Below are positions 10,544 through 22,759 of a stretch of 58,684 bases of DNA, piece after piece. The position numbers and the translations under genes were made by a program. The stretch is from NCBI RefSeq assembly GCF_001194135.2, contig NC_068981.1:4627781-4686464 (forward strand). Direction: 5' to 3'. The notes below the pieces were generated by a model. It searched no databases. It was not told where the DNA came from and saw only the letters and a list, made by a program, of their open reading frames with translations. Positions within the stretch are counted from its first letter, which is position 1. Every line of letters starts with the position of its first letter. Origin of the DNA: Octopus bimaculoides (lineage: Eukaryota).

Positions 10544-10913
10544 TTATTACCTCTGCCTTAGTAAAGGCAGAGGTATTGTTTGCAGTCATGTTTGTTTGTC
10601 TGTTTGTCCGTGGACAAGATATCTCAAGAACTGCTGGATGGATTCAGATGAAACTTTCAGGGATGTTTGGCCTTGTGACTGGCACAAACTGATTAGATTT
10701 TGGGATCGATCCAGTACCAGACAAGGATTCTGGATTATTTTTCCTGATTTTTACTTAAATTTTTTAGAGCAGTCGGGTTCATTTTTAGTATTCTCGTTTG
10801 TGAGAGCAGTCGAGTTTTCAGCTATTCTCATTTTAAAAATCATCTCTGGCCAATCGTTGAGAGGACGTTGGTGTTGTCTTGGCGGAGGTTTGCACTCTCT
10901 GAGTGCTCTTGTT
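10544..10913 (+). mobile_element. Non-autonomous Helentron-type element (HINE/DINE-1-like)
   Basis: 5' ttatt-ACCTCTGCC-ttagtaaa-GGCAGAGGT hairpin, then a (GTTT/GTCT) microsatellite. 3' GGCGGAGGT subterminal IR plus GCACT-ctctg-AGTGC hairpin and tcttgtt end. Confidence 0.8.
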
Positions 10914-12399
10914 ATTTCTGCATTATTGAAATATATCTGAACTATATACTAAGGGTAGATAACTTTTCAGGGTTGAAGTATTTAGGGGTTTTGTTAAGAT
11001 CACGTGAAATATTTTAGGGTTTAATTGTGGCACCAGATTCATGAACCTGTATCAAATACTTCTATTATTTCTCTCAAGAATCTGTCATCACGACATGAAA
11101 ATCTGGAAAACAAAAAGAAAAAGCAGAATAATATTAAAATATTAACCATTAATCATTTACATAAAAAATAAAAACTTATAACCTAAATTTAAACAGGCGT
11201 GGCTGTGTGGTAAGAAGTTTGCTTTCTAAACACATGGGTCCAGGTTCAATCCTACTACAAAGCACCTTGGGCAAGTGTCTTCTATTATAGCCTTGGGAGT
11301 GGATTTGGAAGATGGAAACTGAAAGAAGCCTGTCATATATCTGTATGTATGTTTCTTTGTTTGTCTCCTACTACTGTTTGACAACTGGTATTGGTGTGTT
11401 TATGTCCACATAACTTAGTGGTTTGGCAAAAGAGACCAACAGAATAGGTACTATTCTTTAAAAAAATTAGCACTGGGACTGTGTTCAACTAAAACACGTC
11501 TGGAATTAGCTAAGAAAAAGTGCCAGGTTTTGGGGTACTTATAGCAGACATTCACTTGGGACCATAATAATATGGTTCCATACTAAATCTTGGAATATGC
11601 CACATTTAATGAGTGCCAAGGAGACTATTAACCGTTTTGATACCAACCCATCTGAGACTGCCGCTGTTCTATGATAGAAACTTTCAGTTTTAAAAGGATC
11701 TAAATTAAAAGTTTGTTATAGAAGAGATTATGGAGGCCACACACAATAGGAAACAGACTGAGCCTCAACAGAAAGCCTGGAGTGATAACCCCACCTCCAT
11801 TCTACCCCACTCCCACCCTGCAACCCAAGGATCGGAAACTGTGGTATGACATCAGCAACTGGGGAGCTGACCGCTGACCGTAACCGTGAACTGACCAGAA
11901 GAGGAAGAGGGGAAGAGGGAGCCTCGATGGGGATTTCGTGCTTTTTTTCAAGCGAGGTTGTTGTGACGAGAGGACGTGCGAGGCAGCTGCTATTTCTAGC
12001 GTTTTTCGGGTCAGGCCAGGCACGAGGACAGGATCCCACAGGACAGACTCGTGTGGTGGAAGGGAAACAAGGTAAGCCGATTACTTCTACTTACTTGCAT
12101 ACACCACAGAAACAAAATAGGGAGAAAAAAGGGAACAGGGTAATATATGAACCGATATACACACACAAGACACACATACACATAGCAAAAACATAGATCC
12201 CCCACACAGATAGGAATACATACCACAGAAAGAGAAAATGGAATATGAGACAGGAGAAGACGAGAGAGAGAAGAGGAGACATGGAGATGAACAGGTAGTC
12301 ATTGAAGAGATCACAGAAGGTGTGATGGAAGAATTCTGATGGGCAAACTAATAATAATTGAAAGAAATGTTATTTAGTTTACCTATCAGAGTTCTACTA

Positions 12400-12606
12400 A
12401 AGGCAGAAACCTGAAATTTGAGGGGAGGGAGGGGCTAGTTGATTACATCGACCCTAGTATGCAACTGGTACTTAATGTATCGACCCCCAAAAGGATGAAA
12501 GGCAAAGCTGACCTTGGCGGAATTTGAACTCAGAATGTAAAGACAGGCAAAATACCACCAAGCATTTCGATAGGCCTGCTAACCACTCTGCCAGCTCATT
12601 GCCTTA

Positions 12607-12646
<40 letters not shown>

Positions 12647-12890
12647 GTAATAATAATAATATCAATAAGAATAATAATCCTTTCTACTATAGGCACAAGG
12701 CTTGAAATTTTTGGGGAAGGGACTAGCTGATAACATCGACCCCAGTGTTTTACTGGTACTTAATTTATCGACTCTGAAAGAATGAATGGCAAAGTCGACT
12801 TTGGTGGAATTTGAACTCAGAACGTAAAGACGGAAGAAATACCACTAAGAATTTTGCCCAGCATGCTAACGATTCTGCCAGCTTGCTACC

Positions 12891-12934
<44 letters not shown>

Positions 12935-12943
12935 TTATTCTTT
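12400..12943 (-). mobile_element. Two tandem SINE family B copies (tRNA-derived head) separated and flanked by (TAA)n
   Basis: Minus strand reads gctggcagaatcgttagc...gttctgagttcaaatt (A/B-box-like), body aagtaccagt...ggggtcgat, and tail ccttgtgcctatagtagaaaggattattatt. Confidence 0.85.
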
Positions 12944-12944
12944 T

Positions 12945-13600
12945 ATTAGCCACAAAGGCTCACATACTAAAACATTAAATGACATACAACAAGATAAAAT
13001 ATAAAAACAGGACAATACAATGGGTTTTCCGCACGTACACAATATAATAACAATAAAAATTAAACAAATTAAAACTTCCAATAGGGGAGGCGCTTTAAGG
13101 TCCTTGTGGAAAAACCCACAAAAATCCACAGATGCCTGATCAACAGGACAAGAGCCCTTTTCCTGAGATTCCCTTTTTACAGGTGCACACTCAGAATTGG
13201 TCCTTTCACATTGGCCATTCTTCCAGCATTCACCCACCTTTCAACAAACTTGCTACAAGGCAACACTTCCCTCTCTCCACCTTCAACTTCCTTTTCAAGT
13301 GAAATTTGAAAAAGTTGAAGAGGGCTTGGCCAAAGTGGAAAGTGTCTGTCTTTAGCCCTTTCAAACGGATCCACCATACTACCTCTTTCCCTACAGCCAT
13401 GAGACAAATAAAAATTGCCTGCTACAGCCACTAGACAAATAAAAAAAACCTAATCCTGGCTGAAAGAGGGCGGTGGGGCAATCTTCACAATGGATTCAGC
13501 TGATAGCTGGATCCGTCCTACACACGACAGCTGGTGTTCAACATAAACCCACAGGTCAATAATACTCGGGCACTGGACTAGGGCGTGCAGACCGTAATAA
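12945..13600 (-). pseudogene. Tx1-like LINE 3' end, decayed
   Basis: Across frameshifts: ...QLLSCVGRIQLSAESIVKI...VVWWIRLKGLKT...FFKFHLKRKLKVEREVLPCSKFVERWVNAGRMANV*, then an AATAAA-containing 3' UTR. Confidence 0.7.
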
Positions 13601-14082
13601 TAATAAACCACTCTGTGTGTCTAAAAGCAAAGATCAATAAATGATATTTGTGTTTACGTGTAAAATGACAGTCCCCAAATATGAAAATTAATTAAAACTG
13701 TCTTCCATCAAAATTTTATGCTAATTTCATCATCATCATCATCACCATCATTATCATTTAACGTCCGCCTGCCATGCTGGCATGGGTTGGACAATTTGAC
13801 AGAAGCTGGCAAGCCAGAGAGCTGCACCAAGTTCCAGTATCAGCTTTGGCATGATTTCAATGGCTAGATGGCCTTCCAAACCTCAACCTCTTTACAGAGT
13901 GTACAGGGTAATTTTTACGTGGTACCAGCACCAGTGGGGTTGCCAAGTAACCTGAGGCAAAAAGCCTCTCAGCTGGGAGAGGGAGTGGAACCAAGAGAAG
14001 TGACTTGTACCAGGTGAGGGGTTAGAATATAATCCTTTCTACTGGAAAGGATTATGTAGAGTTTATCCCAGCAGTGAAAAGG

Positions 14083-14191
14083 GGCGAAGGTAAAGAATAT
14101 GCACACCCGGTGGTTAGGGTTAGGCTTAGGGTTAGTTTTAGGGTTAGGTTTACACTGAAAACGGGTGGTGTATGTAATCTCTACCTCCGCC
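14083..14191. mobile_element. Small degenerate TIR element with a TTAGGG-like core
   Basis: Left arm ggcgaaggtaaagaatatgcacacccg versus reverse complement of right arm ggcggaggtagagattacatacaccacccg. Degenerate TTAGGG units at 14113-14148. No clear TSD. Confidence 0.5.
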
Positions 14192-14805
14192 AAGAAAGAA
14201 GAAAGGAAAGAGAGGAAGGTAGGAGAGACAGAGACAGTCAAAGTGAGAGAAAGTGTTGGAGCGGCATCGGGGACCTACCTACAAGGAACAATGGGAGAGG
14301 GGGATCCTTTTATATTTAAAAAGCCATTAAATATAACTGAGTCCCTTAAACCCTTTTAAATTGAGGTTTCTTCAAATGGTTTGTGGCCCCTAAATTTAAC
14401 GGGACTCTTTATTATCTCATTACGTTTAGAATCTGCAATCGTAAAAGATCCCACCCCCCAGCCAACTGGCTCAGGGGCCCCACTAGGTCTTAGTCTGGTC
14501 CTACACATATACCTGTCTATCTTCACATATACTTATCTATCTCTACATAAAATCTTATAAACACACACACACATGTACGCACAATATAAATAAATATTCT
14601 ACACGTCAAATGTTACCAATGTGATCGAAGTCAATTGCTTGACCCTTCCTGATTAAATTTATTGATTTTAAAATAGAAAGAGGAATTTAAATGTTGTGGC
14701 CTTCATTCAGCCCCCAAAGTTACTTTGAAATATTATTTCCCAAAACTTCGACAACAAAAAGAAACATTTTGTTTACATATTAATGGCACAGAAATATATA
14801 CATAC

Positions 14806-14851
<46 letters not shown>

Positions 14852-16221
14852 TTTGGCACGTATGTACATTTAACCCAGAATTGCGAGCACTTCTAACACT
14901 TATACATATACGCACATACACGGACGTAGATGTTAATCAAAACACAAATTAAAATATTTTATAAAAATTTCTGTAAATTAACTAATTAATTGATATATAA
15001 ACATAATTTTGTTGGATAATTTAGGTGAGTAAAAATCTAAAACACGAAAATGCTTTAACTCATCATTGATCAACCAAAGCATATTCATAACACAAAAAAA
15101 TAACACCCTCATCGGTTAATTATTACTAATTATTAACTAATTAATTCTGTTAGATAAAGCGAAAACACTGTTTAAATATAACTATATGAACCTTACTCAC
15201 TCACCTTAGCCTCAATCCATGTCTGTCGGAATAGATGTCCCACCGGCACTGCTGCTATGGCTAACAACATATATACAAATATATATACAATATTATACAC
15301 ACACAAGACATAGAATGGAAAGGTCCCATATAAAATACCATTTAGTTATTAATGTTGATGTTTGTTAATATCAGACCAGCCCTGGTCGACGGCTGTGATT
15401 ATAGAATATAGCTTAACGGGTTACATTATAATGGGTAGACGCGATTTCAAGACAGTAGACTGTTGTTTGAGGCTCATTTGACTGTTATTTCTAGCAGGCC
15501 ATTTCACTTGTTTGGTGTTCACAGTAAACAATAAAGGAACTCAAATAAGAACAGATTATGGATATTTAATTGGCCGTTTCAATAACCTCAACTTAGTCGT
15601 CGTATGTAATTAATTTATTGCAAAATGTAGGGCAGTTTATGACATGAATCAGTGAAGTGTTTATAATTAAATCCATTGTTGGTATTTAATTGCTTCCGTT
15701 TCAATTCTTATCTGGACTATCTTTGCTTTTCCATCCCACCGAGGCCGATCAAATAGAATGAAATAGTGGAATAAATTATATATGGTGCACAACTTTAATT
15801 AAAACTATAACAGATATCGGGGAAAAGTTTGTTTCTATAGTCACAAATTATGTGTAAAAGTCTTAAACCAAAAAGTAGAGGAATTCTTGGGTCCTCTTCC
15901 TTCGCCATAATCTCGATAATAAAAGTTTTAAATTATCTGAGATTTTTATAAAACATAGCAATTTATCTGCGCCTTTTCAATCCTCCCAGCTTATTTCGCC
16001 CACCAACACTTCCATCGGAAAGATTTGGTTTGACCATATTGTGTTGACGGCCAATGGGCTGAAACAAGTATAAAGTTATCCCTAGGATTCGAAACCTGGA
16101 AATTCGAAGTATTCTCAGTTGTATTGAATTATCTCCCTTCTCTTTAAGGATTTCTAACAATTGCCGCTAGGTTTAAATTTTCTCCAACTAAAAGGAAAAT
16201 TTCAGAATGTGAGGGCGAGAA

Positions 16222-16256
<35 letters not shown>

Positions 16257-16801
16257 AACCTCTACTCTTTTACTTGTTTCAATCATTTGACTGCGGCCAT
16301 GCTGGAGCTCCGCCTTTAGTCGAGCAAATCGACCCCAGGACTTATTCTTTGTAAGCCTAGTACTTATTCTATCGGTGTCTTTTGCCGAACCGCTAAGTTA
16401 CGGGGACGTAAACACACCAGCATCGGTTGNNNNNNNNNNGGGGGGGGGGGGACATTAACTTAATTTGTTGAATAATGATTAATTCAATTTTAAAACTAAA
16501 AAAAGCGGAATGAATAATTTACCGTCAATCAGTTGAAAATATTGCACTACATCATCATCAATCATCTTCGACATAATCGTCGTTTTCGATCAGTCACCAC
16601 CAACGCCATTTTCATCAATCATCACCATCGCTCATCACTCCCGCCACAATCATTGCCAATCAATTATCGTTGTCAATTATCATTACTCATCATCACCAAT
16701 CAATCATTAATCATCACTCATCAGCAGTGCTGACATTACTATCAGTCATCACTCCCTCCACTACTATCATCAATCAATCCTCAGCATCAACCACCGTCAC
16801 C

Positions 16802-17233
16802 AAGCATTCCTTCAGAGATGGTATCACGAAAGAGAAAATGAAAATCGTTATTTTATCGATTTGTTTGGCAATTTCCGTGAAAAAATATTTATTAAAAATT
16901 TTTTTCGACTGAACAGTGAGACAGTCACACACACACACCCCACGAGGGAGTTGAGAAAATACACTCAGACTCACTCACACGCACAAATATATATAGAACA
17001 CATAGATACATAAGCATTCGTTTTTTTTCCTGTTTTCACGAATTATCTACGTTTATGCATTTTTTGTGTATATGTATGTATGTATGTACGAGTGTGTGCG
17101 CATGTGTGTAGCTGAGTGTAAGCTGGAAAAAAGCCCTTTAAAAGATATAAAGGAATTTATGGAAATTGCCGAATAGATAAAACAGAATGATTTTCATTTT
17201 CACTTTCGTGATACTATCTCCGAAGAAATGCTC
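16802..17233. mobile_element. Unclassified long-TIR MITE, copy 1
   Basis: About 75-bp imperfect TIR gcattccttc(a/g)gagatggtatcacgaaag.gaaaatgaaaat...ggcaatttcc, microsatellite-rich interior. Confidence 0.75.
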
Positions 17234-17429
17234 CATCATTTTTACATCAACTTTTTCCGTGAGACTTTCATGAGGCTGTACTCTATAGCCAGATGCCCTT
17301 CCGAATGCCAACCTTTACTTGTTGTTCAAATAAGGGGCTTAATTCCACGTCCTTATACATCTGTGGTTGGACATTTTGTTTATGCAAGATTAATGAACCA
17401 AACAGGACATCCCTATACCTGAAGGAGAA

Positions 17430-17810
17430 TTATTAGTTTGTCCGTCAATGTTGATAATCAAGGACATCACTTGATAGAAGAAGACGGGACACGATGTGTC
17501 CAGCTGTGGCCAATCAGTCCGAATCGTGCTCGGGGGGGGGGGGCTCAGCCACAAGTCCGGCACTGTGGTCTGCTGGGACTGAAGACAAGGATTTCGCTCC
17601 AGACTTGCATGGTTTGCATTTTCTTTGTACCCCTGCAAACCTGTTCCGTTCATAGAAGGCAGCACCTCTGTCGGTGCACCTTTGCCAGGCAGGGCAGCCT
17701 TGAGCTTGCCTTTCCCAAGTGTCGGGGTAATTCTCATAGCTCTACAGTGAGGTTTTGAGTGTGTCCCTGAAGCGCTTTTTCTGTCCACCTTGGGTGTACT
17801 GCAGGAGAAT
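17430..17810 (-). pseudogene. RTE-BovB-like LINE 3' end
   Basis: TQGGQKKRFRDTLKTSL*SYENYPDTWERQAQGCPAWQRCTDRGAAFYERNRFAGVQRK, a typical RTE C-terminus. Confidence 0.8.
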
Positions 17811-18221
17811 AGGGGACAGAAAAGAAGAAAAAAAAGAGAGAAGGTGAAATAGAGGAAGCGTGATTTTAGGAAAGTTGATGAGAAGCAGTGAAGTACTCAA
17901 TACGAACAGAGTGCAGTGGCTTATTTTAACTGGTGCAGTCAGACTTGGTTGCACGCTATGGAGACTGCAGAGTAACAGACCACTGGACCAGCTTAAATGA
18001 AACTATGCACACACACACACACACTCACATACATGCATGTTTGCATGTGTTTCCAATTTGACACTTGTTATACTTAAATCTCCAGTACACAACTAAATAC
18101 CATCCGACTTTAAGCTCTAAAAACAGGAAAAGAAATTATAATATACATTTACAAGATGTTTAAGTAGTGTAGTTCACACAGAAAATTCATATAATATGGA
18201 ATACCAGCATGTAAACATGAT

Positions 18222-18456
18222 GGGCATTCCTTCGGAGATGGTATCACGAAAGTGAAAATGAAAATTGTTTTATTTATTTGTTTCGCAATTTCCTAAAGAT
18301 TTTTTTTATTTCTTAATATTTTTCCAGCTCACACACACACCTATACATACAAAAATATATATACATATATATACATACACCATATATATACATACACCAT
18401 ATATATACATAAACATAAGCGATTCGGGAAAACATTAAAAAAGATGTACGTGTATT

Positions 18457-18515
<59 letters not shown>

Positions 18516-18732
18516 GCTTGTGTGTGTGTGCTTAACTGTTCAACTCGCTCGTGGACATGAAGACAATATGTGTATGTACGTGTGTGCGTACGTACGTGTG
18601 CGATCGTGTATTTCACTGTTCAGCTGAAAAAATATGAAAGAAATATGTTTTTTACGGAAATTGCCGAACGAGCAGATCATACAGAACGATTTCCATTTTC
18701 ATATTCGTGATACCATCTCCGAGGGAATGTCC
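18222..18732. mobile_element. Unclassified long-TIR MITE, copy 2 (inverted relative to copy 1)
   Basis: GGGCATTCCTTCGGAGATGGTATCACGAA ... TTCGTGATACCATCTCCGAGGGAATGTCC. Asymmetric internal segments are reversed versus 16802-17233. Confidence 0.75.
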
Positions 18733-19844
18733 ACATTGTGTGCTTACATCGCTCATACTTACACCCCACCCCCGTGTACACACAACGATCTTGTTCATAT
18801 ACACACACATACACACAAGCGCGCCTGCACTTGACACACTCATACCACAAGACTCACACAGGCACACATACACACAGAAACACACACACACATATACGTA
18901 CAGATGAATGAGAACACCGACAATTTACAGAAGCACATAGAAGTTTAAAATACGCACGTCTATTTTGATGTTATTGTTGAGATTAACGGATAAATCACCT
19001 GTATTTTTTTTGTTTTTTGGATTTGTTTTTCGCTTCGTGTTATATTATAACTTGAAGAAGCTATCCAGAGTGAAATAACTGCCACTACACAATAAATGCA
19101 TACTTATATATGCATCTATAGCTATAGCTATCTTATTTCATATATATATACATGTGTGTGTGTGTGTGTTCTTTTTATATATTAATGTATTCTGTAGAAG
19201 GTAGCCGGATGCCCCAGCAAGCTAAACTCGAAAATGACAACAGCCTGTATTTAGTAGGCGTGGTTCCCTTTTCACTCATCCTCTACTCACAACAACGGAG
19301 CGTCATATTCGATAGTTTTAGAAATAAATCTTTTGACTTTTATAAATAGATGTTACACAGAAAAATATAACAAAATTTGACCTCGAATGAATGGGAAACA
19401 ACAAAATACAGTGCAACTCTCTCAGTCATACACACTCTCTTTTTCCCTCTTTCACACAGGCCTTCAATGAATGCGGGTGAGGTGAGGTGTTAGTCGGTTA
19501 TATCTACCCAAGTACTTTAAGAGTAATTTATTTTATTGATTCTGTAAAGTTAATCTCGATGGAATTTGAACCCAGAACGTAAAGAGTCAGAAGAAAAACG
19601 GCAAGGTATTTTGTCCAACGCTGTAACGATTCTGCCAAATCCACCGCTTTTGATCATGGCACAAGGCCAGCAATTTGAAGAGGCAAGGGTTAGCCGATAA
19701 ACCTTGATTGTTCTATTTTATCGACCACGGAAGGATGAAAGGCAAAATTGACCTCAAACTCAGAGTAAAACGCCGGAACAAATACTGCAAAGCAACTGGT
19801 CCAACACTCAATCGATTCTACCAATCTACCACACTTAGAAAGTG

Positions 19845-19958
19845 AAGAATCGACCCATTACAAGACTGATCTTGTCAAGACTGGTAGGATAAGAGGAAGA
19901 GTCGACCCATTACAAGACTGATATTGTCAAGACTGGTAGGATAAGAGGAAGAGTCGAC
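19845..19958. repeat. 52-bp tandem duplication inside a SINE B remnant
   Basis: tcgacccattacaagactgat.ttgtcaagactggtaggataagaggaagag at 19850 and 19902. Confidence 0.9.
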
Positions 19959-20062
19959 ATGAGCGGGATTTGAACTCAGAATGCAACTGCATTGCATTAT
20001 TCTGATCTTCTAACGATTTGGTCCAATAATTTATAAATAATTTGCAGGAGTACTCAGTAATT

Positions 20063-20691
20063 GGGCGGAGGTAAAGTACATGGACTGCACCCCCTTTCGG
20101 TTAGTTTTTTTTTTCTACAGAAATCCACGTTTTCGACTGCAGAAATTCCGAATCTGCAAAAAAAAAAATCGGCATTTCAAAATTTTAATCCCCCCCCCCT
20201 TTTNNNNNNNNNNNNNNNNNNNNNNNNNNNNNNNNNNNNNNNNNNNNNNNNNNNNNNNNNNNNNNNNNNNNNNNNNNNNNNNNNNNNCCATCCTACTAAA
20301 ATAGCGTAAAAAAGTATCTAAACAGAAAACTCGACTTGCTAGACATAACAGCTAAACGACGAATCACGTTTTCAAAATTTTAATTTCCCCCACCCCACTT
20401 TTTTTCTCTGCCAGAGTGGTGGTGGTGGTGGGGGGAATTAAAATTTTGAAAACGTGTTTTGGGGGTTTTCAAAATCTTTAATCTTTATGTACGCTCCAAC
20501 TGGAAAGTCCGACAAGCTAGAAACAACAGCCAAACCGAAGATCCACTTTCTAAATACGAATTACCAAAAAAGAAAAAAATTCATATTTTGAAATGCCGAT
20601 TTTTTTGTTGTTGCAGAATCGGAATCTCCGCAGTCTAAAATGTGTGTTTCTGTAGAAAAGGGGGTGCGGTCCATGTCCTTTACCTCCGCCC
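20063..20691. mobile_element. MULE/Mutator-like MITE with long TIRs
   Basis: Roughly 105-120 bp imperfect TIRs starting GGGCGGAGGTAAAG. 9-bp flanks tcagtaatt / tcaatactt (7/9). Internal hairpin at 20365-20456. Contains an N gap. Confidence 0.7.
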
Positions 20692-21364
20692 TCAATACTT
20701 GTGTAGAATGAGTATATTTATTATAAAGTCATAGAAAAGTTTTAATATTTATTACATCACACTAAATATTTTGTAGACATTTTTGTCTTTACACCGGTTT
20801 AAAGACCGGTGTTGACTGTAAATAGTGACGCTTTAGGTCTTGTTACCGATTCCTGCAACAGAAGTAATTATTGAGATCGATATAACACACTAGACACCCA
20901 ATTTATGTTGTTTAGCCGTTATAGAAGTTTCCAAATATCACGGATTCGATTCCTATATTTTACAGGCAAGCCTTGGCGCCTTTTAATAAAAAGAAATTGA
21001 AACAAAGACAGATTATTCATTTAAAAATTATATAATAATTTATTATTATAGATATTTTTGTTTTCAAAAATAATTTTTTATTAAATTTCATTTAAAGGCT
21101 CCTTATTACAGGAAACTCCGAAAAGTTTTCACTGAACCCAGTTAGTGAAGTCCTGTACTAAACCGATGGAGGCGGAGACCCAGCACGGCCGCTACTTAAC
21201 CAAAATGTACAAAGTTCTTGATTTATTGGATTTTTCCCTTACTTCCAGGGATGATAGAACAATTACTTGGTCGTGATAGGAACCAATTCCAAGTGAGGAG
21301 AGGGAATCACGGGAATCCTTCGAAATTGACAGCCAATAAGGAAAAGACTTTAGTTCAAACAAAA

Positions 21365-21745
21365 ACTGGGTTCCAGTTGATACGATCAACAGGACAGCCT
21401 GCTTGTGAAAGTAACTGGCTGAGCACTCCACAGAAACGCATACCCTCGGGGAGATTCAGCATGACACAGAATGCGACACGGCTGGCCCTTTGAAATACAG
21501 GTACAACTCATTTTTGCCAGGTGGGTGGACTGGAGCAATCTGAAATAAAGCTAAAGGAAACAACGCGTCCCTGGGAATAGAAATCGCGATCAAACGAGAG
21601 CCGAATACTTTTGGGGCATCCTTAGCTCAGTCTGGGTTACACTGAATATCCCTGAGAATTATGTAGAGTGTTCTGCAACTTGCATGTTAATTCCAAGAGC
21701 AGGCCGTTTCGTTGATCGTCGTAGAAACCGACGGAGTGCCAGTCT
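21365..21745. mobile_element. Two SINE family D remnants in opposite orientations
   Basis: ggttccagttgat.cgatcaac...gagattcagc.tgacacaga (minus copy) followed by ctgaatatccctgagaa...accgacggagtgcca (plus copy). Confidence 0.75.
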
Positions 21746-22030
21746 GATAGTTTAGAGATACGAAGACAGCTGTAGCTGTAGACACGTGTCATGTTTACAT
21801 ACATGCACACTTATATATGCACAGCATGCAACTATCTTGACTTTCTAAAGTTTCTCCCTTATTGGAAGAAAGAAAACGAAAACCTAGCGGCAGATGTTAG
21901 AAACTCTCGAAGTCAAGGGGAGGTTATCTCAACAATCTAAGAATTTTTGGTTGTGAAACAAGGTCGACAGCGATTAAAGTATATATTTTATAAATAGCGT
22001 GTTTATATTCTTTGGATGTCAACAGATTTA

Positions 22031-22162
22031 GGTAAATTTTCAGATTAACACCCGCACGATTTTCACTAGTGGGTTAAGGTTTTAGGGTTAGGGTTAGAGA
22101 CGGAATTCCCTAACCCTAACACCCTAGTGAAAATCGTGCGGGTGTTAATCTGAAAATTTACC
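22031..22162. mobile_element. Merlin-like MITE (132 bp) with internal telomeric repeats
   Basis: Perfect 39-bp TIRs (GGTAAATTTTCAGATTAACACCCGCACGATTTTCACTAG) and a perfect 8-bp TSD CAGATTTA at 22023-22030 and 22163-22170. TTAGGG and CCCTAA units inside. Confidence 0.85.
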
Positions 22163-22587
22163 CAGATTTATACTGAATTAACCAGTCACCAAATGAAGAA
22201 AATGTGTGTGCTAATAATGACTTCGAAGTTTCGGCTTATTCGCCTTCGTCAGATTGCTTAACGAAGGCGAGCAGGCAACACTTCGAAGTCACCGTTAACT
22301 CTTTTCTTATGTAAAACTTAACTTAGATAAAATATGTACTCCACTAAAAAGTATTGAGTAATCAGTTTCATGTTAGATTATTTTTATATATAAATTGACA
22401 AATATATAAACGTACAAATGTTTATTGATGTGTTTTGCGAAAACACAAACACACACATTACATTCGAAACGAATCCCTCAAAATAAAGCTCTGTTAGTAA
22501 ACTAGAATTCTTTTATATAAGTGTCACGATTGTTCAACTGTGATTAATGCAATATTCTATTTTTCTGCTGAGGTGGTCGATAAAATA

Positions 22588-22759
22588 GTGTATTTCAACG
22601 TGTATAAGGAAACCCCCTAATTCTTGGGGTTTAAAATTTGGGTAAAAGGTTTTGTAAGGGATTATAATACTATCCATGTATAAGAAACTCCCATATTTTT
22701 TAACTTAATTTTTGACAAAAAAAAAGGGGGCGGGGTCCCTTATACACGTTAAAATACGG
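22588..22759. mobile_element. Tc1/mariner-superfamily MITE
   Basis: Imperfect TIRs gtgtatttcaacgtgtataagg / ccttatacacgttaaaatacgg, with TA on both sides. Confidence 0.65.
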
